From: a virus
Taxonomy: Duplodnaviria > Caudoviricetes
DNA: 52,494 bases
IMG/VR virus record: IMGVR_UViG_3300032931_000510
Coordinates: 1 to 52,494 of that record
Direction: 5' to 3' (one strand)
Notes under the pieces: generated by a model
Database searches by the model: none
Told to the model about the DNA's origin: nothing
The model's input: the letters and a program-made list of their open reading frames with translations, nothing else
Made by a program: the position numbers and the translations under genes
Part shown: piece by piece, positions 1 through 10,019 of the stretch
Layout: every line of letters starts with the position of its first letter
Numbering within the stretch: position 1 is the first letter of the stretch

Positions 1-1503
1 ATCACTCTGGGAACGAAGGTTCTTACGCAGGGCTTCGTGAATCACGGTCTTGACGGTGTTGAAGGTGTTGGGATGCTCGGCTTTGGTGATGGTATAATTG
101 AGGTGCTCTGGGGACATATTCTCGGCCATGATCCTGGAAGGCTTTGCTAGTTTCTTGGCTGCGCTGATGATACCTGTTTCCCTGTTGATTTCCTTCCGAA
201 TGTGCTTACTCTGCTCCTGGTCATGATAGGCCTTGGCTGCTGCGCTCTTAGTTTTTTCTTTTTCTTGATAGGAAATATGTGCCATTTTAGAATGAAAGGC
301 CAAGTCAGGAGCCGACTGACTCACCCGCGCTTCTGCACTCCATTTGGCGGCCATGGCATCTGCTGCAAAATCCTGTGCTTCACTGAAATTCTCACCACGG
401 CGAGGTGGTGTCATCGCTTCCCCTGGTTCCTTCACATGGTTATGAGCGGCCACAGCGGAGGGCCAGAGTTTTTCATGGAGCTTATAGGCGGCTTCATGAT
501 GGATATTGTGCCCATGTTTCTTGAGTTCATCAGCAAAGAACTTGGCTTGGGCTTGATCCGCTTTCGTCCCAAAATGCTTGGCCAGATGCACAATATTCGC
601 GGTATGACGATTGGCGTTCTCATTGCTATTATAGGTACGCATAAAGGATTCGTCAAGTTCCATACTTTCCTCCATCTTACTGTAGCCTGGGCGATCCGCC
701 GTCTGACTACGATATAACTGATTGAACAGGGATCGTCGCTTGTGTCCCGCAGGCTGCTTCAAGGCCTGGCGCGCCTTCTCGTCCTTCTCCCATTGTCTAT
801 CGGCTTCGTCGCCGTGGTCCAAATGTTTCAGACCAGGGACACCTTTGGTACCTTCTGCCAATTTCTTAGCGTCGGCATGGGCCTTCTTGTAGGAATAGCC
901 ATACGCATTATGAGCCTTCTTATTCAGTTTCTCGGCCTTACCTGCAAAGACTTTCTTGACCAATGGATCGGTTGAACGATCCGACATACCATAAAATTTG
1001 AGTCCTTGGGAATGCCGCTTGTCGCCGACATGCTTCGCGGTCAAGGCAGAAATTTCATCGAGTTGGGTGCTTTCCTCAAATCGATACGGACCATCATTAT
1101 TCTGTTCATGTTTGCCGTACATACCTGTGGCTGGCATAGGCACCACCTTGATATTCTTCCATTGGGTCATAGGCACACCCTTGGGATGAATGGTACCACC
1201 AACACTCACGGCCTGTTTCATGGCATCAGTTCTATCTTTGGCCAATACTTCCCACCGTTTACCCTCATGATCGATAATCATCCAACTAGATTCTTGAATG
1301 GAGGTCTGTTCAGATGTGGTCACATCATTCGGGGACGCCTTGGCGGCACCGAGATGATAGCGATTCTTGCCTGGACGGACAGGGGTAATATTCAGATGCC
1401 CGGTGTCATGGACATGAATGACCCGATGGACCTGCCCAGCGTGAGGACCGATCTTAGGTACGACATGATCGCCGACCTTATATTGTTCGTTGAGAGTTGC
1501 CAT
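1..1503 (-). CDS. Probable capsid-internal (head) polyprotein, His/Lys/Ala-rich; runs off the window edge
   Basis: Missing from the ORF track because it has no stop in the window. Hand translation from ATG at 1503 (GGAG upstream) is open to base 1: MATLNEQYKVGDHVVPKIGPHAG... Repeated L/I-x-E motifs (TLNE, SIQE, EESTQLDE, KLAE, EESMELDE). Confidence 0.75.
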   Translation of the reverse strand, partial: MATLNEQYKVGDHVVPKIGPHAGQVHRVIHVHDTGHLNITPVRPGKNRYHLGAAKASPNDVTTSEQTSIQESSWMIIDHEGKRWEVLAKDRTDAMKQAVSVGGTIHPKGVPMTQWKNIKVVPMPATGMYGKHEQNNDGPYRFEESTQLDEISALTAKHVGDKRHSQGLKFYGMSDRSTDPLVKKVFAGKAEKLNKKAHNAYGYSYKKAHADAKKLAEGTKGVPGLKHLDHGDEADRQWEKDEKARQALKQPAGHKRRSLFNQLYRSQTADRPGYSKMEESMELDESFMRTYNSNENANRHTANIVHLAKHFGTKADQAQAKFFADELKKHGHNIHHEAAYKLHEKLWPSAVAAHNHVKEPGEAMTPPRRGENFSEAQDFAADAMAAKWSAEARVSQSAPDLAFHSKMAHISYQEKEKTKSAAAKAYHDQEQSKHIRKEINRETGIISAAKKLAKPSRIMAENMSPEHLNYTITKAEHPNTFNTVKTVIHEALRKNLRSQSD

Positions 1504-1516
1504 TGAGCGGTCTCCT

Positions 1517-3859
1517 TTATGTACGGGTATCTGGTTCATCGAATTCTTCAGCATATTGCGTCGGAATACCGCGGAGGGTATCCATCATTTCCGACAAGGA
1601 CTTCTTGACTGGTGCGACCACAGGTGGCGGTGGTGGAGCCAAATGGAGCTTGGCCGCTTCAAATTTGCGAATGTCCTTATTCCATTCTCCATGCTGGTCT
1701 TTTGGGAGGGCATCGCGCTTCTTATACAGGGTATCTAAGTGCATTTGTGTTCCGGTATGACCGAGTTCCTGGGCCTTGTTGAAGGTACTCACCGGTCCCC
1801 CAACAGGAGAGGCTTCTGCGAGGAAGTCTTCAAAGGCTTCGTTGAGTGCCTTCTTCTTTGGTGCTGGGGCCGCTTGGGTCTTCGCGGTCTCGGCATATTT
1901 CTTCTTCTCTTCTGGTGTGGCAGGGGCCTCACGCTGTTGGAGCTTCCCATGCAAGGAGAAATGGGTGACGACCCCACCTTTTCCATACTTTCCAAATCCA
2001 TAATATTCCAATCCCTTGGCCCGTGCTTCCTCAGAGGCCTCAGAATTAGGATCGGGATTCGACTTGACAGGTTTCTTTTTGGCACCTGGGAACTTTGGAG
2101 GCGCATCCTTGACCAGTTTGCTGGCCATCTTCGGTTGATTAATCAGATTCCCCAATGATTTCGCAATCCATTGCTGGGCCGCTGGATGGGCAGGTGGTGC
2201 CTGGGTAAATTTCTTGACGGTCTTATGGAGATCGGTGAGTTGTTTCTCTTTTTCCGCGACGACCTCAGGTGGTGCCGTCTTATGATCTTCGGAATTATCA
2301 TATTCATGATAGTGATCGGTCCCAAACATCTTGGCATAATCGACCCGCTGATCCTGTGACTTCTGCCATTTGGCCGCGCGAATCTTCTCTGGGACCATGC
2401 GGCCGCCACGCTGACCTCGGGCGATATTGCGTTCGGCCGAGACTTTATCGGACGCATGAACAAAGACCAGTTTGGTATCATACCCCTCGTCTTCCAACAT
2501 GCCCTTGAGTTTCTTGATCTTGGTCTTATCATCCCCTGTGGAATTGATAATCATCCCATTCTTCCCATGCAGGGCCAAACGATGACGGAGATCGGTCACC
2601 GACTTGGCGCGGGCCCGCACCGCATCCCGTTGATCCTTTTCGGAATCTGGCATCGTCTTGTCCAGCTTCTTCTTGTCTATCATATATTCCAGGGCCACAT
2701 CTGAATTGATTTCGACCATACCATGACCGTCCAAGGCCTTGTGCATCACAAAGTCTTTACCTGATCCAGGTCCGCCTGCCAGGAAGACCGCCTTGAAGAT
2801 CCCTTGATCGTGGACACCTTCGGTCAACATCTGATAGTCCATCTGATGGTCTTCGTTCACGGTCTGTCCCTTTCGCACATCATGATACAATTCCTTGGCA
2901 TGAGCATGGGAGACCCCAGGCGCCACACCCTTCTTGAATTCATGGAAGTTGCCTGACTTGGCGTGTTCGCGCATCTTGCTGGCTGACATTCCTTCTACTC
3001 CTTTGGCATCGGGGTCCCGGTGACCTGCTGAATGGACTGTGATGCTCTTGAACTTATAGCCATGACCTTCTTTATCGAAGTGTCCGTTATATTTATGAAG
3101 GGAAGCATGGAATTCCTTGACCCGATCTGATCCCACGACCACATGGAGATGCTTGGTGCCGGCTTTATGGAGCAGGGCAGCATGATGAAAAATTGTCGGA
3201 TGTTTGGGGGACGAGGCGGTGACATGCGTACCTGGGAAGGCATGTTTGGCGTGTTTGAGCTTATCGGCCTGGCTCAGGGGATTCTTTTCGGCATCCTGGG
3301 AATGACTCAGCACCACATGATGATCGGCATGATGTTCCTGGGCGACTTCATGGACCTTATGGACGAGTTTGGCGTGGCCCGCGGTCGGCGGATTAATCCG
3401 CCCGAATGTCAAAACACTATGTTTCTCAACGGATTCCGTCAATGATCGAAAGGATTCCACCACAGACTTAGTAAAAGACTTGGGGTACTCTTGGGTCGCC
3501 TTGAGTAATTCGGGAAAGTTTACACTCATCTTATACACCGGGACCTGAGCATAGGGGTCCATGTTCAGGAGCGCGAGATATCGGTGATGCCCGTCCAAAA
3601 TGATATAGTCAGAGGAGATGATAATCGGTTGATCCAGGTCCTTGCGGTCCAGGGTCAGAAAATGTTCGATTTTCGCTTTGTTGAAGTGACCCTGAGAAGG
3701 GGTCAGATGGTTCGCAGGAAGACGGGTCTGGGTGCTGTGAATGTGCTTCTGCTTCGTCATCCAACGCAGATAATCCTGCACATCAGCGGTTTTCACTTGG
3801 GGGAGGGCTGAACGATCTATATTCAGTGAATATTTTGGTATGAACAGTTCAGACAACAT
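1517..3859 (-). CDS. Multidomain protein: ParB/Srx-like domain + HIGH-family nucleotidyltransferase (phage 'cytidylyltransferase') + P-loop kinase (zeta-toxin/PNK-like)
   Basis: LTPSQ...PIIISSDYIILDGHHR (ParB-like); TFGRINPPTAGH, VVGSDR, MSASKMR (HIGH/KMSKS-type); FLAGGPGSGK (Walker A). Domains are separated by SLTE, MLTE and ALNE motifs. Confidence 0.8.
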   Translation of the reverse strand: MLSELFIPKYSLNIDRSALPQVKTADVQDYLRWMTKQKHIHSTQTRLPANHLTPSQGHFNKAKIEHFLTLDRKDLDQPIIISSDYIILDGHHRYLALLNMDPYAQVPVYKMSVNFPELLKATQEYPKSFTKSVVESFRSLTESVEKHSVLTFGRINPPTAGHAKLVHKVHEVAQEHHADHHVVLSHSQDAEKNPLSQADKLKHAKHAFPGTHVTASSPKHPTIFHHAALLHKAGTKHLHVVVGSDRVKEFHASLHKYNGHFDKEGHGYKFKSITVHSAGHRDPDAKGVEGMSASKMREHAKSGNFHEFKKGVAPGVSHAHAKELYHDVRKGQTVNEDHQMDYQMLTEGVHDQGIFKAVFLAGGPGSGKDFVMHKALDGHGMVEINSDVALEYMIDKKKLDKTMPDSEKDQRDAVRARAKSVTDLRHRLALHGKNGMIINSTGDDKTKIKKLKGMLEDEGYDTKLVFVHASDKVSAERNIARGQRGGRMVPEKIRAAKWQKSQDQRVDYAKMFGTDHYHEYDNSEDHKTAPPEVVAEKEKQLTDLHKTVKKFTQAPPAHPAAQQWIAKSLGNLINQPKMASKLVKDAPPKFPGAKKKPVKSNPDPNSEASEEARAKGLEYYGFGKYGKGGVVTHFSLHGKLQQREAPATPEEKKKYAETAKTQAAPAPKKKALNEAFEDFLAEASPVGGPVSTFNKAQELGHTGTQMHLDTLYKKRDALPKDQHGEWNKDIRKFEAAKLHLAPPPPPVVAPVKKSLSEMMDTLRGIPTQYAEEFDEPDTRT

Positions 3860-3900
3860 GAAAACCCCTCTACAGGATCTTGGGAATGGATGTTATCTGT

Positions 3901-3908
3901 TATTTATA
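3901..3908 (-). promoter_or_regulatory. T4-type late promoter TATAAATA
   Basis: Exact T4 gp55 consensus about 40 nt upstream of the 3859 start. gp55 is encoded in the window. Confidence 0.7.
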
Positions 3909-4395
3909 CAATTTCGGTCTTCTCGCTCAGGTATGCCACCAGGGTGCCCACATGATCGGAACAGAGGCCAGATCCCTCATATCCAGCGAGTTCTTCACGA
4001 TAGGAGTCATCCACGGGCTGGTCGCGTTCTGGTATCACATACACAAAGGAATTCCCAGAGGACGGGGCCCCATAGAATCCCAACAAATCGCCCCAGGAGG
4101 TCAGGGCATAGGAATCAGTTTGGTGCCAAAATACATTCAATCCCTGTTCAGCCGCGGCCAGAAGGGCCTCAGGATTGCGGGCCCTGAGCAAGACCGAATT
4201 ACTCGCATACGGGAGCCAATCGAGATGAGGTTTCCATATCGGTTTCCGCTCACCAAACCAGAAACACCCCTCATGATACCAGGCATCCACCATGACATGA
4301 TATCCCAGATGAATCGCCTCATTCAAGTACTCTGGGGTATTTTCCCGTTCGGGCACTCGACCGAAGAGATTGCCTCGATGGGCGATGAGGATCAC
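3904..4395 (-). CDS. Short GDPD/PLC-like phosphodiesterase-fold protein
   Basis: N-terminal LIAHRGN...ENT motif and C-terminal GLCSD. Last gene of the sugar island. Confidence 0.6.
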   Translation of the reverse strand: MILIAHRGNLFGRVPERENTPEYLNEAIHLGYHVMVDAWYHEGCFWFGERKPIWKPHLDWLPYASNSVLLRARNPEALLAAAEQGLNVFWHQTDSYALTSWGDLLGFYGAPSSGNSFVYVIPERDQPVDDSYREELAGYEGSGLCSDHVGTLVAYLSEKTEIV

Positions 4396-4955
4396 TGTGT
4401 CACCGGCTTCCAGGCAATCATTTTCAAGACGGCTTGGTTTCCTGGCGCAGGATTCCGAGTATCGGACTGACGAAAGGGATTCCTGAATTCATGGAGGACC
4501 AACAAAGTATGGAGCGAGGCGGCATCAAATCCATTGACATGCCCCATCCCGGCCAGTTTGTACTCGTCCACATTCTGAAATCCACCATACAGATAGCTCA
4601 TTGCGTTCCGCCATGGATCAGTATGTTGATTGAGCCAGCCGATGTTTCCGCATTGTTCTTTCCAATCGTTCTTGACAATACGCTCGGCAATCCAGCGCAC
4701 ATCAGGGACCGTGATTTCCAGCAGGCCGCCTGGAGCTAAGATACGAAACACTTCATCCAATACCCGATCCACATCAAAAATGGTGATATGCTCGACCACA
4801 TCGCCCATATACACTTTCGAAAAGGTATGTTCAGCAAAGGGATACGGTGTGATAAGCAAATCGTGGAGACAATTCACATAGGGCCATTCATGGAGGTCCA
4901 TGCGAACGTCGGCATCGGCCTTGGGGTGGGGACCTGAACCAATATCTAGGATCAT
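4392..4955 (-). CDS. Class I SAM-dependent methyltransferase
   Basis: ILDIGSG motif I; VVEH; EVFRILAPGG. Confidence 0.8.
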   Translation of the reverse strand: MILDIGSGPHPKADADVRMDLHEWPYVNCLHDLLITPYPFAEHTFSKVYMGDVVEHITIFDVDRVLDEVFRILAPGGLLEITVPDVRWIAERIVKNDWKEQCGNIGWLNQHTDPWRNAMSYLYGGFQNVDEYKLAGMGHVNGFDAASLHTLLVLHEFRNPFRQSDTRNPAPGNQAVLKMIAWKPVTQ

Positions 4956-5383
4956 GATAATTCCTTCCAGCGTTTCAAAATTGCCGAGGAGGCATTCACT
5001 TTCTGCGTACCCCCGACACCAAAGACAAATTCACAATTCAGATCATCAAACGCGGCTTCAGCATTATTTAGTGCGGTCCGATCACCCCCGTTGGCCACAA
5101 TCAACGGGTAGTCAGGAAATTCCGCCCGTACCTGACGGAGCAAATCTAAGGCCGTACCATCTCGATCATCAAAGGCCCGGACACCAGAGACCATACGAAG
5201 ATGCTGGACCAAGTAAGACCGTTCATGCCAGGGAAGGAAATAGTTGCCCTTCTTGTTGATCAACCAGGCATCAGAATTCACTCCCACAATGAGGATATCG
5301 CCCAGGAACGAGGCCTCGTTCAGGTATTGGATATGGCCAGCATGGAGCGGATCAAATCCACCTGAGGCAATGACGATCTTCAT
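4952..5383 (-). CDS. HIGH-family cytidylyl/adenylyltransferase (TagD / RfaE domain II-like)
   Basis: SGGFDPLHAGHI, GVNSD, ANGGDR. Confidence 0.85.
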   Translation of the reverse strand: MKIVIASGGFDPLHAGHIQYLNEASFLGDILIVGVNSDAWLINKKGNYFLPWHERSYLVQHLRMVSGVRAFDDRDGTALDLLRQVRAEFPDYPLIVANGGDRTALNNAEAAFDDLNCEFVFGVGGTQKVNASSAILKRWKELS

Positions 5384-6348
5384 GATGAGTGCCTCTGAAG
5401 ATAATCAAGATAGGCCCAACGGAGTCCATCATATAAGTTCACCTTCGGCTCCCATCCTAGCGCACGAATACGGGAAGAATCCGACAGCTTCGAGAATACG
5501 CCGTCGGGTTTTGTGGTATCAAAGTTAATGCCGAACTTACCGTCAAACCCTACCACACGGGCGATCAGTCTGGCAAAATCCTCGACCGTATGATCTCCCC
5601 CAGATCCCACATTGACCATATTACATCGTGGATCAACGCCTGCCCGAGAATGCCATACAGACTTCTCAGTATTCATCACCAGGAGGCAGGCGTCTGCCAG
5701 ATCGTCACAATAGAGAAATTCTCTCCGAGGACGACCCGTACCCCAGACCGTGACGGTTGACGATCCTGTGATCTTGGCCTCATGGAAGGTCCGAATCATG
5801 CCTGCGGTAATGTGTCCGCCTTCAGGATGATAGTTGTCATTGAGACCATAGAGATTGCAAGGCAGAACGGTCCGATAATCAGTCTTGAATTCCCGATTGT
5901 AGGACTCACACATTTTGATCCCGGCGATTTTCGCAATGGCATACGGTTCATTCGTGGGTTCCAATGGACCCGTCATGAGCGATTCTTCCTTGATCGGCTG
6001 TTGGGCATCAGTGGGATAGATGCAATTAGAACCAAGAAACAGGAGCTTCTTGATACCCGCCGACGCAGCACCATCAATCACATTCGTTTGAATCATGAGA
6101 TTTTCGTAGATGAACTGACCTGGATAGGTGTTATTGGCGAGGACACCGCCCACAAACGCGGCACACAAATACACTTGATCGATGTCGCCTCTGGAGAGGA
6201 ATAATTTGGTTGATTGGGTATCGGTCAAATCCAGTTCTTTATGACTCCGAATCAGGATATCCTGTTCACGCACCCCCGAACGAATTAAGGCCCGTATAAT
6301 AGCGGAACCCACTAATCCGCGGTGTCCTGCCACAAAAATTTTCCCCAT
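5380..6348 (-). CDS. fcl: GDP-L-fucose synthase family epimerase/reductase
   Basis: AGHRGLVGSA, FLGSNCIYP, LEPTNEPYAIAK, PCNLYG, WGTGRPRREF. Confidence 0.85.
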   Translation of the reverse strand: MGKIFVAGHRGLVGSAIIRALIRSGVREQDILIRSHKELDLTDTQSTKLFLSRGDIDQVYLCAAFVGGVLANNTYPGQFIYENLMIQTNVIDGAASAGIKKLLFLGSNCIYPTDAQQPIKEESLMTGPLEPTNEPYAIAKIAGIKMCESYNREFKTDYRTVLPCNLYGLNDNYHPEGGHITAGMIRTFHEAKITGSSTVTVWGTGRPRREFLYCDDLADACLLVMNTEKSVWHSRAGVDPRCNMVNVGSGGDHTVEDFARLIARVVGFDGKFGINFDTTKPDGVFSKLSDSSRIRALGWEPKVNLYDGLRWAYLDYLQRHSS

Positions 6349-6349
6349 G

Positions 6350-7351
6350 TTATTTCTCCTGGTCCTGATAGTCGTGATAGATCAATTGGGAACCTAAAAA
6401 CTCAAACGCCACAGGGACATGCTTGAGCTTCAAGGCCTCCTGGACTTGCTGTTGTTTCTCGGGTGGGGTCAAGAACAGAATAAATCCACCTCCGCCTGCG
6501 CCCAGGATCTTTCCCCCGACCGCTCCGGCGTTGATCCCTGCCCGATAGATATCATCAATCTCTGGATTGGTGATGCTCGTGGCGATATCCTTCTTGAGTC
6601 GCCATTGGGTGTTCAACAGAGAGGCAAACTCATGAATGCGATTATACTCCACACCAAATAAGACGGATTCGGCTTCTTTGGTCAGGTCCTGCATTTCCCT
6701 GAGATCCACGGTCTTGTTGAGAATATTTTCGATCTTCTTCTCAGTAATATCAAAGGAATTCCGCAACTTCGTGGTAAAGAATATCTGGACCCAGGATTCC
6801 AATTCCTTGACGACCTCGGCGCGAAGTGGCAAGGGATGACACATAAATTCCGATTGCCCACCAAACTCAATCCGATTGAATCCCCCAAAGGCCGCGGCCA
6901 CTTGATCCTGTGATCCCACCGACTCACCAAGGACTTCTTGTTCCAAGGTAATGGCCAGACGCGCCAATTCTCGCTTGGTCTTTTGTTGATGCTTCAGGGC
7001 AGAAAGACCGTGAATCAACGAAACCGCAAAACTGGAACTGGAACCGATCCCTGTCCGATTCGGTAAATCACCATGATGGGTAATATCGATCCCTGTGTTG
7101 ATCTTCATGTACTTGATCGCCTCACGAATCACAGGCACCTGAATCTGGTTGACCTCTTGGACTTCCTCTCGATCATAGTACCGTATCCGATACTTGTAAT
7201 CAAAGATGTCTGGCAAGGTTCGCAGGACCAAAAATGAATACTTGTTGATGGTCGTCGATAGCACCGCACCCCCATGTTCTCGATACCAGGCGGGATAATC
7301 GGTGCCTCCACCAAAAAAGGAAACCCGATAAGGGGTTCGGATGATTAACAT
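6350..7351 (-). CDS. GHMP kinase, D-glycero-D-manno-heptose-7-phosphate 1-kinase (HddA/WcbL)-like
   Basis: RTPYRVSFFGGGTD, GIGSSS, GSQDQ, GGKILGAGGGGF. Confidence 0.85.
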   Translation of the reverse strand: MLIIRTPYRVSFFGGGTDYPAWYREHGGAVLSTTINKYSFLVLRTLPDIFDYKYRIRYYDREEVQEVNQIQVPVIREAIKYMKINTGIDITHHGDLPNRTGIGSSSSFAVSLIHGLSALKHQQKTKRELARLAITLEQEVLGESVGSQDQVAAAFGGFNRIEFGGQSEFMCHPLPLRAEVVKELESWVQIFFTTKLRNSFDITEKKIENILNKTVDLREMQDLTKEAESVLFGVEYNRIHEFASLLNTQWRLKKDIATSITNPEIDDIYRAGINAGAVGGKILGAGGGGFILFLTPPEKQQQVQEALKLKHVPVAFEFLGSQLIYHDYQDQEK

Positions 7352-7361
7352 TGAGAGGCTC

Positions 7362-8378
7362 CTATCGGGTCAAAAATTGTCCATAATTCAAATCCACTTC
7401 TTCGCGCCAGTAATTCAACAGATCCCGCATGGTCACCAAAAAAGGAATCTCAGGCTTCCATCCGGTATGCGCTTCAAACTTTCTGGTATCAGGCACTTGC
7501 AGATCGGCATCAATGGGACGAAGACGCTCTGCATCTAGCCCCACTCGTATCTGATCTTTCATTGATGAGAAAGAGAGGAGGGTCGTCAGCATGTCCCGAA
7601 TCGTCGCGGTATAGGTGCCTCCAATATTATAATATTGTCCGCCTATGGGATTGACCGTCAGGAGCATGTGATAGGCGCGTACGGCATCACGCACATCAGC
7701 AAAGGTGCGAAGACTCTCAAGATTCCCCACCTTGACCACAGGATCTTTTGTATAGCCCGCTTCGATCATCGCAATTTGTTTGGCAAACGATGATTCCGCA
7801 AACACATCGCCACGGCGAGGTCCGGTATGCGTAAACATCCGAGTGGTCATAATTGTCATACCATACGCTTCCGCATAATACCGTCCAATCAAATCTGTAC
7901 CGACTTTGGAAATCGCATAGGGTGACGCGGGATGAAAGGAACATTCTTCGTTGATTGGGAGCTTCTCCTTGGGAACTCGACCAAAGACCTCTGAGGAGGC
8001 ACAAACATGAATAATCGCGTCAGGCTTATGGTTCCGCAGAGATTCCAATAATCTCAGGGTTCCTTGGATGTTCGTATCTAGTGTATTGATCGGCGCTGTG
8101 AAACTCGTTTGAGGAAAGCTTTGTGCGGCCAGATGAAACACATAATCAGGCTGATGGTGCTTGATCACCCGATCCAGGCTCCCGGCATCAGTCAAATCCC
8201 CGTAGGTCAACTCGACTCGATCTTTTGTATTGATCCGACCTGTGAGATGTGCGATATTCTTGAGGGAATCGGCCCAGCGATACATACCGACGAGATGCCA
8301 ATCAGTGTGTTGTAACAGATAATCCGCTAAATGTGAACCGACCATCCCGGTGATGCCTGTAATCAATGCAATCGTCAT
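7362..8378 (-). CDS. GDP-sugar 4,6-dehydratase, WcbK/DmhA (GDP-manno-heptose dehydratase)-like
   Basis: ITGITGMVGSHL, HLAAQS, ASSEVFG, SPYAISK, RMFTHTGPRRGDVF. Adjacent to the heptose kinase. Confidence 0.75.
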   Translation of the reverse strand: MTIALITGITGMVGSHLADYLLQHTDWHLVGMYRWADSLKNIAHLTGRINTKDRVELTYGDLTDAGSLDRVIKHHQPDYVFHLAAQSFPQTSFTAPINTLDTNIQGTLRLLESLRNHKPDAIIHVCASSEVFGRVPKEKLPINEECSFHPASPYAISKVGTDLIGRYYAEAYGMTIMTTRMFTHTGPRRGDVFAESSFAKQIAMIEAGYTKDPVVKVGNLESLRTFADVRDAVRAYHMLLTVNPIGGQYYNIGGTYTATIRDMLTTLLSFSSMKDQIRVGLDAERLRPIDADLQVPDTRKFEAHTGWKPEIPFLVTMRDLLNYWREEVDLNYGQFLTR

Positions 8379-9382
8379 GCTAACTCCGCGGCGGTAATCA
8401 TATCCTGTAAACGATTGACATAGGTATGTTTCTCTTTAATGATCGTCATTTGTCGAAGGATCTTGTCTAGGGTGCGGGGATCGTGTCTCATCTCACAGGC
8501 CACATCAAACAGCGCATAGGGATCGGAATGGAATGCCACATCTCCCCCAAAAAATTCATAGGTCGCGGGACAATTCGTTAATCCGAGTTGTCCATAGCTG
8601 ATGTTTTTCATGATACGACATGAGATATACTTATTCGCCAAATGATTGCGAGGTCTGACATCCAAGGCCAAATACGCATTCGTCACCGCCAAACGGATCT
8701 GTGCGATGGGCAACGGGTTCTGCCATGGGGTGTTGTAATAGAATGGCATCGCGTGTTCCACACAGGCCCGAATAAAGGGATCAAACATTTCCCGGTTGTC
8801 CTCACGAATCGTCCCACCAAAAAACGCATGATAGGGCTTCACGGGTATCCGATAGCGATCTTCAACACGAATCTCCTCTGGCATCAAATCTGTCGCCCAC
8901 ATTGAATAGAAGAGGGTCACAGGACCGTCTTGCTGAAGAAAGGAGGTGCCTTGGTTAATCGGCATACAGGCAGACTTGTCGAAGTGATAGGCATAATTTT
9001 TATCTGGTACCCCATCCACGCCCCAGTTACACGCAAAGCGGAAATCAATCAGCTTCCCGACCTTACCAAGATACATGGATGCCCCTGGATTGCCTTCGAC
9101 TGGACCTTTATTACCGAGATAATGAATCAGATAGGCCGAAGTCGGTCTCAGGGGTAATTGATTGGACAGTCCGTTTGCAAACACCAACCATTGCTCAGAG
9201 ATTATCAGGGCATGATCAAAAAATTCGACAGGGAGATGGGGAAGATCCCGATTATCCAACCAATAGGCCGGATACCCAAGATGCGAGGCGGCCCGCATCA
9301 ACGGCTCATGGACAAAGGCATGGGTATGCCCTGAATCGAACTTGGCGCCCCAGATGATGATTTTGTTATATTTTCGGTTCAT
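8375..9382 (-). CDS. Putative GT-B glycosyltransferase (CgeB-like C-terminus)
   Basis: C-terminal YISCRIMKNISYG...KEKHTYVNR pattern; position within the sugar cluster. Confidence 0.55.
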   Translation of the reverse strand: MNRKYNKIIIWGAKFDSGHTHAFVHEPLMRAASHLGYPAYWLDNRDLPHLPVEFFDHALIISEQWLVFANGLSNQLPLRPTSAYLIHYLGNKGPVEGNPGASMYLGKVGKLIDFRFACNWGVDGVPDKNYAYHFDKSACMPINQGTSFLQQDGPVTLFYSMWATDLMPEEIRVEDRYRIPVKPYHAFFGGTIREDNREMFDPFIRACVEHAMPFYYNTPWQNPLPIAQIRLAVTNAYLALDVRPRNHLANKYISCRIMKNISYGQLGLTNCPATYEFFGGDVAFHSDPYALFDVACEMRHDPRTLDKILRQMTIIKEKHTYVNRLQDMITAAELA

Positions 9383-10019
9383 CGGCTACCCATCTCCCCC
9401 AACCCCAGACGGTATCCCATTGCATCTGTTCAAGGATATTATATCCTAATGGGGTGAGAAAGTCAACAATATTCTGATAGTGACCATTTTCAATAATCAA
9501 CAGCGGATGATGGGTCATGATGGTATCAATGGCGCCCTCCAAGGCCCGGAGTTCATACCCCTCAACATCGAGTTGAATCACATCCACCGTAGGAAACTGG
9601 AAGGCATCAATCGGAACAATTGGGAGACAGAGATTCTCCACACCGGTATCGATTCGTGCCCCCATACCATTGTCGACCATCGCGCCCATAGAAGGCTTCT
9701 CCCCAACGGCGCATTGCAGTTTGATCACATTCGGGAACTGGACATTATTGACCAAACAATAGAAATGCAGGGGATCAGGTTCAAACACATACACCGTCTT
9801 GAATAATTCCGCATAGCCACACGCATATAATCCAATGTGTCCACCGGCCGAGATGATTGTTCGTCGTTCGGTCGTATGGGTTTCCAGGACTCGTTTGAGA
9901 TTCGGCCAGTCAGGCGTTAGCACACCCCAATGGTCATCATTCACCGGCGTGGTCATCCACGCCGAATTACTAAGAAAGCTCGTCTCGTTTACTATGGCAA
10001 GATTTTTTAGCTCATTCAT
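9366..10019 (-). CDS. FkbM-family methyltransferase
   Basis: [19 protein letters not shown]. Start chosen at the ATGA overlap with the upstream stop. Confidence 0.85.
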   Translation of the reverse strand: MNELKNLAIVNETSFLSNSAWMTTPVNDDHWGVLTPDWPNLKRVLETHTTERRTIISAGGHIGLYACGYAELFKTVYVFEPDPLHFYCLVNNVQFPNVIKLQCAVGEKPSMGAMVDNGMGARIDTGVENLCLPIVPIDAFQFPTVDVIQLDVEGYELRALEGAIDTIMTHHPLLIIENGHYQNIVDFLTPLGYNILEQMQWDTVWGWGRWVADEPKI

